From Candidatus Omnitrophota bacterium (GTDB lineage: Bacteria; Omnitrophota; Gorgyraeia; Zapsychrales; Fredricksoniimonadaceae), in contig JADFXH010000002.1 of assembly GCA_015233675.1 (NCBI GenBank), positions 78,794 to 142,793 on the forward strand: DNA of 64,000 nucleotides, written 5' to 3'. Positions within the stretch are counted from its first letter, which is position 1. Each line of letters opens with the position of its first letter. Both the position numbers and the translations under genes were made by a program. Below the pieces are notes generated by a model, which saw only the letters and a list, made by a program, of their open reading frames with translations, had not been told where the DNA came from and ran no database searches. Below, piece after piece: positions 58,127 through 64,000 of this stretch.

Positions 58127-59383
58127 ATGATAGTGTATAATTATTATTTGCCGGCAGTCATGGTTATCATTATCGGCGGATATATCGTAAGCTGTGTCAT
58201 CGAGAAGCTGGATGTCATGAATGCGTCGCCAGTATTGCCCCGTGAATTTGAAGGATATTACGACGCCGAAAAATATCAGAAGTCACAAAGCTATCTTAAA
58301 AAGACGGTCCAGCTGGGAATTATCGAAGACACATTCTTTACTTTCGGTGTAATTGTTTTTATCATTACCGGTTGGTTTAATCTGATAGACAGCTTCGCAC
58401 GTTCTTTTCAACAGGCGCCTATTGTTACAGGTCTTATCTTTATTGGGATAATATATCTGGCCTATTATATTTTTTCTATACCCTTTTTGGCTTACCAGAC
58501 ATTTGTTATAGAAGAAAAGTACGGTTTTAACAGGACAACGTTTAAGACTTTCATTGCTGACATTTTAAAATCTATTCTATTAACGTTATTCTTTGGGACG
58601 GTAATATTATCGGTTATTTTGTGGTTTTTCAGTGTTTGCGGAAGTTGGGCTTGGGCTTATTCATGGATTGCTCTTACTGTCTTCGAGCTGTTTGTTGCAT
58701 TCATCGCGCCTGTTGCTATCATGCCGCTCTTTAATAAATTCACCCCTCTCGAAGAAGGTGAGTTGAAAGCTGCCATTACCGCTTACGCGTATTCGCAGGA
58801 TTTTAAAATAAAGGGTATATATAAAATGGACGCTTCCCGTCGCAGCGCCAAATCCAACGCTTTTTTTACTGGCCTTGGGCATTACAAGCGGATTGTGCTC
58901 TTTGATACTCTGGTAACTAATATGAAGATAGATGAACTTGTGGCGATCCTCGCGCATGAGATCGGGCATTACAAGCATAAAGATATCTTTAAGGGTCTCG
59001 CGGTTTCTACCGCAAGCGCTGGGCTCATGTTTTTCACTCTGTCATTCTTTGTTTCTAATAAAGAATTTTTCGCGGCATTTAAAATGGAAAATATTTCTAT
59101 TTATGCGGGGCTTTTCCTGTTTACATTCCTGTACCGTCCGGTAAATGACCTGTTCTGTATCGGGACAAATTATATATCTAGACGTTTTGAAATTCTGGCT
59201 GACAGCTTTTCAGTCGAAACATATAAACATCCGCAAGCAATGATAAGCGCGCTTAAACGTCTTAGTGTCGACAATCTGACAAATCTTACTCCGCACCCTT
59301 TAAAGGTGTTCTTGTCTTATAGTCATCCACCAGTTCTTACGAGAATAGAAGCGATAAGGATTAAAAGTGTCAGTTCTCCCTAA
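58127..59383 (+). CDS. M48 family zinc metallopeptidase (Ste24/CAAX-protease-like)
   Basis: Multi-TM N-terminal half, with the HEIGHYKH (HExxH) motif in the C-terminal half. Confidence 0.85.
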   Translation: MIVYNYYLPAVMVIIIGGYIVSCVIEKLDVMNASPVLPREFEGYYDAEKYQKSQSYLKKTVQLGIIEDTFFTFGVIVFIITGWFNLIDSFARSFQQAPIVTGLIFIGIIYLAYYIFSIPFLAYQTFVIEEKYGFNRTTFKTFIADILKSILLTLFFGTVILSVILWFFSVCGSWAWAYSWIALTVFELFVAFIAPVAIMPLFNKFTPLEEGELKAAITAYAYSQDFKIKGIYKMDASRRSAKSNAFFTGLGHYKRIVLFDTLVTNMKIDELVAILAHEIGHYKHKDIFKGLAVSTASAGLMFFTLSFFVSNKEFFAAFKMENISIYAGLFLFTFLYRPVNDLFCIGTNYISRRFEILADSFSVETYKHPQAMISALKRLSVDNLTNLTPHPLKVFLSYSHPPVLTRIEAIRIKSVSSP

Positions 59384-59468
59384 CCTTGTAAATAGCAATG
59401 GGTTAAGAGCATATTAAGTTAATTAATGCGCAACTGCTTGCAATGTATGTAGTTCGCGAGAACTGACA

Positions 59469-60281
59469 CTAATTAGAATGTTTTTCTGTTGGTAAATGGG
59501 GGTGGGCATGGGTGAATCCGGTATGACTGTGCCCATGTATATGGATAAGATTGTTTTCTTGTAACAAAATCTTGTCTTCCAGTATTTTTTCCGCAGGGCC
59601 CTGTTTAATAATTCTTTTGTCTTTGCCAAAAAGGTAAACAGTGTCTGCTATCTCACCGACAATATGCAGATCATGAGTTGCCGTGATAATCGTTTTGCCT
59701 TTTTGTTTTGCTTTAACAATAAAATCAACAATATGCCTGACCGTCAAGGGATCAAGCCCCGCGGTTGGTTCATCAAAGATAATAATTTCGGGATCAATGG
59801 CTAAAACAGAGGCGATAGCTACTTTACGTTTTTCGCCTATGCTTAATTGATGAGGGATCCTTTCTAATAAATGGCCGATCTCCAGAATTTCCAGGACTTG
59901 GGCAAGTCTATCTGCGATTATCTTATCATTAAACCCTAACTGCAAAGGCCCAAAAACAATGTCCTCTTTTACCGATGGACAAAACAGTTGGATATCCGCG
60001 TTTTGAAAAACAAGGCCTACCTTACTCCTGAAAAGATGGGCGTTTTTTTCATCACTTAAATAATCTTCGTTTAATGTTTGGCCCAAAGCGATCACTTCTC
60101 CGCGGTCCGGGAATATCAACCCATCCAAAATATGCAAGAGGGTCGATTTTCCTGTGCCGTTAGATCCAATCAGAGCGACCTGTTCGCCTTTGCGGATGGT
60201 CATATTAATATCTCTAAGGGCAGGGTATTTACCAAGATAAGAATACTGCACATCTGTTAATTTAAAAATTCTATCGTTCAT
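59469..60281 (-). CDS. cbiO: ECF transporter ATPase (CbiO/NikO-like) with a His-rich C-terminal tail
   Basis: Walker A GSNGTGKST, signature LSIGEKRKV, Walker B IIFDEPTAGLD. The tail HIHGHSHTGFTHAHPHLPTEKHSN is encoded at 59472-59543. Confidence 0.85.
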   Translation of the reverse strand: MNDRIFKLTDVQYSYLGKYPALRDINMTIRKGEQVALIGSNGTGKSTLLHILDGLIFPDRGEVIALGQTLNEDYLSDEKNAHLFRSKVGLVFQNADIQLFCPSVKEDIVFGPLQLGFNDKIIADRLAQVLEILEIGHLLERIPHQLSIGEKRKVAIASVLAIDPEIIIFDEPTAGLDPLTVRHIVDFIVKAKQKGKTIITATHDLHIVGEIADTVYLFGKDKRIIKQGPAEKILEDKILLQENNLIHIHGHSHTGFTHAHPHLPTEKHSN

Positions 60282-61132
60282 TTTCTAAGCTCCATATAAA
60301 AAAGGCAGGCACTGACAATGACCGAGCCTATCAGGCAGAACCAGTCTTTTAATTGGGGATGAAATTTTTCTAAAAGCCGCGGCTCACCGCTATAGCCTCT
60401 CGAAAGCATGGCTTTGTAAACATCTTCACTCAACTGGGTTGATTTGTTGTATGTATTGGCAATATTCCAGGCAACAATATGCTGGCCTTTGCCGTGATGG
60501 GAGACAATACCTACCCGGCTTTTGATGGCAATGAAAATATTCTCAATGATAACAGCAAAAAGGTAAAGGTATCGGTAGCACATGGACACCGTTAAAACAA
60601 ATACCTGCGGGACTTTAAAATTACGTAAGACCTTCAATAATTCACCGTGCCTGGTCGTTAAGGACAACAAAACAACCAGGGACACGGATGTCGCAATGCG
60701 TGCGACAAATAAAACAGCTCCGTCTAATCCCTGACGGGTAATGATAAACTTGATCCCTAAAGCATGAAAAGACGCGATTGCCTGGCCCCCGGAAACAAAA
60801 CTAAATAAGGACGGGATAACAATGCACAAAGAAAATATGGGAATAAATACCCATGTCCTGACCAGGAAAAAAATGATCGGCACTCCGGAACAAAAAGCCA
60901 ATGTCAAACATAAAAGATACAGTAAGGCGATAAAAATTGCGCTCTTTAAACAAACGGCCGTAATAAGAAAAAATAAAAACACAATTGTTTTTATCCTTGG
61001 CTCTAAAGATTGCAGAAAGCCTTTATTTACGGCAAACTCTTCATAAAGAGTCGCGTTTTTTACAAATGACAGAGCGCTTAAGGCTGAGCGTTCTAAGAAA
61101 TTGCCATTTTTTATAGATGTGGTTCTAATCAT
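60278..61132 (-). CDS. cbiQ: ECF transporter transmembrane (T) component, CbiQ/NikQ-like
   Basis: Polytopic 284-aa protein between the M/N and O genes, with 4-nt and 8-nt overlaps to its neighbours. CbiQ-family position and size. Confidence 0.8.
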   Translation of the reverse strand: MIRTTSIKNGNFLERSALSALSFVKNATLYEEFAVNKGFLQSLEPRIKTIVFLFFLITAVCLKSAIFIALLYLLCLTLAFCSGVPIIFFLVRTWVFIPIFSLCIVIPSLFSFVSGGQAIASFHALGIKFIITRQGLDGAVLFVARIATSVSLVVLLSLTTRHGELLKVLRNFKVPQVFVLTVSMCYRYLYLFAVIIENIFIAIKSRVGIVSHHGKGQHIVAWNIANTYNKSTQLSEDVYKAMLSRGYSGEPRLLEKFHPQLKDWFCLIGSVIVSACLFYMELRK

Positions 61133-61460
61133 TGTCTTTCACAAATATTTTTCCTAATAACAGGATAATGCCGATAATTAATGCTATCCCGGTGATAGCG
61201 GCTATGATATAAGCAAGACTTAAATGTGCAAGCCCTTTTGCTTCCCAGCCTTTAAAGGCATAGTCCGGCATAGGCGCTTTCCATAATTCTGACATTTGAG
61301 CCAGCCCTTGAGGCAGATAACCTGCCATTTTTTGAAGTTCGCCCGTACCCCATTCTCCCCACGCTGGGCAGGCCTTAAAACAGGCGGGAAAGATTAATCC
61401 TAAAGGGGAAAGAAAAACTAAAGCAGCAAGTCCGAAACAGAGTTTTTTGATGAGGGTCAT
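61125..61460 (-). CDS. Small membrane component, NikN/PDGLE-domain-like
   Basis: N- and C-terminal TM helices flank AWGEWG...GYLPQGL...LWKAPMPDY. I associate this pattern with PDGLE/NikN partners of NikM rather than with CbiN. Confidence 0.55.
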   Translation of the reverse strand: MTLIKKLCFGLAALVFLSPLGLIFPACFKACPAWGEWGTGELQKMAGYLPQGLAQMSELWKAPMPDYAFKGWEAKGLAHLSLAYIIAAITGIALIIGIILLLGKIFVKDND

Positions 61461-62137
61461 GATTTATCACTTTTGTAAAAAACAAAATTTTGTTTCTGCA
61501 AATATTTTACGACGAGGGTAGTAACGATGAGCTCGACCCATCCGAATAGTAACAAGTACTCTGCGGCCATTGCAGGGACCGCGACGTTTATCCTGTAAGG
61601 ACAGTAAAGTGCTTGTCCGTTAGAAGCATGAAATAAGAGAGGCTGAATACCTAACTCAACACCTGCCATAAATGCAGCAAAACAAATTCCTATATATGCG
61701 CCTATTCCTGCTGCGACGATACATCTTTTGGACCCTATCGGATGGCCGGCGCAAATTAATTTGTAAGTATAATAACCTGTGAAGGGCATAAGAAAAGCCA
61801 TATTAAAACAATTAGCACCGATAGCAGTAATTCCTCCATCGCCAAATAGTAGAGCCTGAATAACTAAAGCAACGGTAATGGCGATACATGCTGCCCATGG
61901 ACCTAAAAGAATGGCGATGAGAACGCCTCCCACCGCATGACCTGTCGAGCCGCCGGGGATGGGAACGTTAAACATCATAATAACAAAACTAAATGCCGCG
62001 CCAATGGCTAAAAACGGCACTTGCCGCGCTTTAAGAGTTTTTTTAACAATCTTTGATGCCGCTGTCCAGATCGGGACCATCACGACCGCAAAAACCCCGC
62101 AAGTTTGTGGGCTTAAATATCCATCCGGTATATGCAT
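61457..62137 (-). CDS. cbiM: Ni/Co ECF transporter substrate-capture component CbiM/NikM
   Basis: Starts MHIPDGYLSP, the metal-binding N-terminus that must be residue 1, so ATG 62137 is used rather than 62263. GGSTGHAVGG motif. Confidence 0.85.
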   Translation of the reverse strand: MHIPDGYLSPQTCGVFAVVMVPIWTAASKIVKKTLKARQVPFLAIGAAFSFVIMMFNVPIPGGSTGHAVGGVLIAILLGPWAACIAITVALVIQALLFGDGGITAIGANCFNMAFLMPFTGYYTYKLICAGHPIGSKRCIVAAGIGAYIGICFAAFMAGVELGIQPLLFHASNGQALYCPYRINVAVPAMAAEYLLLFGWVELIVTTLVVKYLQKQNFVFYKSDKS

Positions 62138-62369
62138 AGACCGCCTCGTAATTAACGTGTGCTTTGAATTCAGGAAAGTATTATATCCGAATTTTAGGAA
62201 TTTAGTGATCCAAAAGTTTAAGAGACCGGAAATTGGTCCAAACCGCACTTTAATAAGTTGCATTATTTTTAGGGTTTATGTAAAATAAAAGAAATAAAAA
62301 ATTTTAATGGCGTTGGCCCAACCTAATTAATAGAAAAACTGATGGAATTTTAAGGAAGGAGATCGAGAT

Positions 62370-62894
62370 ATGTCTTTATCAATGTATGAAGCTTCAATAC
62401 CGGTTTTTATCAGCAAGTTAAATAATTTATTAGCGATTCTTAAGAAAGCAGAAGCGCACGCGCTGGCCAAGAAAATTGAGCCGGAAGTTTTCATTAATGC
62501 CCGATTGGCTCCGGACATGTTCCCGTTGTCCCGCCAGATACAAATTGCTTCCGATGGCGTTAAAGGTTGTGCCGCACGCCTTGCCGGTGTGGAGGTGCCT
62601 AGTTATCCAGATACCGAGAAAACTTTTCCCGAATTGCAGGCCCGAATCGCTAAGACCATTGAATTTTTAAAAACTTTCAGCGCTAAAAATATTGATGGCA
62701 GTGAAGAACGCAGGATTACTCTGAAGCTCAGAGGCCAGGAAACCTCCTTTTTTGGGCAACCGTATTTATTAAATTTTGTCCTGCCCAATTTTTATTTTCA
62801 TATCTGCATGGCTTATGCAATCCTGAGGCATAATGGTTTGGATATCGGCAAGATGGACTATCTCTCCGATTTAATGACGTATTCGGTAAAGTGA
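62370..62894 (+). CDS. DUF1993 domain protein (DinB-like four-helix bundle)
   Basis: MSLSMYEASIPVFISKLNNLLAILKKAE... and a C-terminal FHICMAYAILRHNG, typical of the DUF1993 family. SD aaggaaggag. Confidence 0.75.
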   Translation: MSLSMYEASIPVFISKLNNLLAILKKAEAHALAKKIEPEVFINARLAPDMFPLSRQIQIASDGVKGCAARLAGVEVPSYPDTEKTFPELQARIAKTIEFLKTFSAKNIDGSEERRITLKLRGQETSFFGQPYLLNFVLPNFYFHICMAYAILRHNGLDIGKMDYLSDLMTYSVK

Positions 62895-63075
62895 GGACGG
62901 ATTAAGACTGGCGCCAGTGCTTTCAATGCGACAAGGCCCTCTCTACACGATAAAAAATAAATCGTTCAAATAATAGCCTATTAGGATTTATTTTAATAAA
63001 AAATTTATATTTTTTTATCACATCCATAAATGTTTGACATTTATATAGTTATAACATTTTTTTACATGACAAATT

Positions 63076-63103
63076 TTGCTAAACCTTGAAATTATGGTAT
63101 ACT
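63076..63103 (+). promoter_or_regulatory. Sigma-70-like promoter with extended -10 upstream of the glycoside hydrolase gene
   Basis: TTGCTA (63076-63081), a 16-nt spacer ending in TGg, then TATACT (63098-63103). Confidence 0.35.
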
Positions 63104-63201
63104 TATTAGACTAACCCTTCGTTATTATATATCTATTCTGCAGGTAAGGACAAGAAGCTCAGATGTAAGTGTCTTAAATTTCTCCGGTAGCCAAGGATCA
63201 C

Positions 63202-64000
63202 ATGATAAAAAAAACACTCCTCATTAAATTTCTTTATTTTTCTTTTTTATTTTTAATTAATTCCTCTATATTTGCTCAAGCTGCAACAAATGATAATTTG
63301 TGCACTCAAATACAATGTGTCAAAATACAAAATGGCTATTTGTGGGTTTTATCTTCCGATAATGTGACGTATGTGCCCTATTTTGTGAAAGCCGTTGGCT
63401 ATCAGCCTTTGCCGATAGGCCGTCATCCCAGTGATTGGGGGTATGCCAGCACTGATTCGCGTTATAATATTAATAATATATATGACGATCCTGCTATTTT
63501 AAATCGTGATTTTTCCAATTTGCAACAAATACATGCTAATACTATCCGTATTTGGAATGGGAACAATTTAACTGACCCCAGTGGACGTTACCCGAATAAA
63601 TTAACTATAAATACCTTGGATATGGCGCAGCAATATAATCTTAGAATTATCCCCGGGTTCTATGTTAATCCTTTGGTTTTCGACTTTGTTAATAACATTA
63701 GTAGTACGGATAATAACGGTAATCTTCTCAATAGGCAGCAGATCATTAACAATTTCGTTTCGTATGTTAATGCTTTTAAAGGTAACCCCGTCGTTTTATT
63801 TTGGGCTATCGGGAATGAAAATAATTATCAGCTGATTAATGGACAAAAATTGACCCCGCAGCAATTAATATCGTGGTATTCCCTGGTGAATGATATGGCC
63901 CAAGCCGCACATAATGCCGAGGGGGCTAATTTTCATCCGGTTGCTGTGGTCAATGGTGAAATCGCGGAAATAGGAAATTTTGCTGATGGAGCCGCGGATT
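63202..64000 (+). CDS. Secreted glycoside hydrolase, TIM-barrel clan GH-A-like (3' end outside the window)
   Basis: Not in the ORF track because it lacks a stop. My own translation from ATG 63202 (SD aagga) is open to base 64000. Signal peptide FLFLINSSIFAQA. HANTIRIWN and LFWAIGNENN (acid/base NE motif). Confidence 0.55.
   Translation, partial: MIKKTLLIKFLYFSFLFLINSSIFAQAATNDNLCTQIQCVKIQNGYLWVLSSDNVTYVPYFVKAVGYQPLPIGRHPSDWGYASTDSRYNINNIYDDPAILNRDFSNLQQIHANTIRIWNGNNLTDPSGRYPNKLTINTLDMAQQYNLRIIPGFYVNPLVFDFVNNISSTDNNGNLLNRQQIINNFVSYVNAFKGNPVVLFWAIGNENNYQLINGQKLTPQQLISWYSLVNDMAQAAHNAEGANFHPVAVVNGEIAEIGNFADGAAD

Noticed and set aside
62138-62369. NiCo or cobalamin riboswitch upstream of cbiM/nikM
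   Set aside because: Reading the minus strand, I could not find the conserved cores I recall for either class (B12 box or the GGGACAG-type NiCo junctions). A TATAAT-like box leaves only a ~45-nt leader. A covariance-model search (Rfam) would be decisive.
62907-62918. 12-bp perfect palindromes around GGCGCC (ACTGGCGCCAGT at 62907-62918; CAGGGCGCCCTG at 28213-28224)
   Set aside because: There are only two instances, with different flanks, and one is inside a CDS. Other GGCGCC sites in the window are not extended palindromes. Chance is the simplest explanation.

Overview
The window is a 64-kb bacterial chromosomal segment with moderate GC content. It is almost entirely coding, and nearly all genes are on the + strand. 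I found no rRNA, tRNA or CRISPR array.

Gene content, in order:
- 1-17.7 kb: one tightly packed surface-glycan operon. It contains a 5'-truncated NeuC-like epimerase, a PglK/MsbA-type ABC exporter, a DUF115/GT42-like putative nonulosonic-acid transferase and a B12-binding radical-SAM enzyme. It also holds several GT2/GT4/GT26 glycosyltransferases, a cupin + perosamine-synthase-like aminotransferase + TylM1-like methyltransferase triad, a Wzy-like polymerase, a WbaP-type priming transferase and gmd-fcl.
- 17.6-17.8 kb: a 181-bp foldback that begins inside the last codons of fcl and separates the glycan locus from the core genes.
- 18-30 kb: pgk-tpiA-secG, then a peptide/nickel-type ABC importer operon, a TPR membrane protein and glgC.
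- 29.5-35.5 kb: a butyryl-CoA block with a FabV/Ter-like reductase, Bcd, EtfBA and ETF-QO.
- 35.6-38.9 kb: a secreted 1100-aa mosaic protein, followed by a TauE-family permease.
- 39.8-46.6 kb: ADP-forming acetyl-CoA synthetase, PFOR and a DHOD-like protein.
- 46.8-58.1 kb: a divergent LysR regulator, then hoxEFUYH-hoxW-hypAFCDE. This is a NAD-linked bidirectional [NiFe] hydrogenase cluster with no hypB.
- 58.1-64 kb: an M48 protease, a convergent NikMNQO/CbiMNQO-type ECF metal importer, a DUF1993 gene and a 3'-truncated secreted glycoside hydrolase.

The best candidate for something undescribed is a DUF559 (Vsr-fold) endonuclease gene bounded by 39-bp terminal inverted repeats, sitting in the spacer of the ABC operon. 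A solo copy of the same hairpin module, and a second GC-rich palindrome, are inserted in frame in the 1100-aa gene.

The terminal modules of the 1100-aa protein resemble those I recall from uncultivated Omnitrophota-type genomes. That taxonomic guess is from memory only and is not verified.
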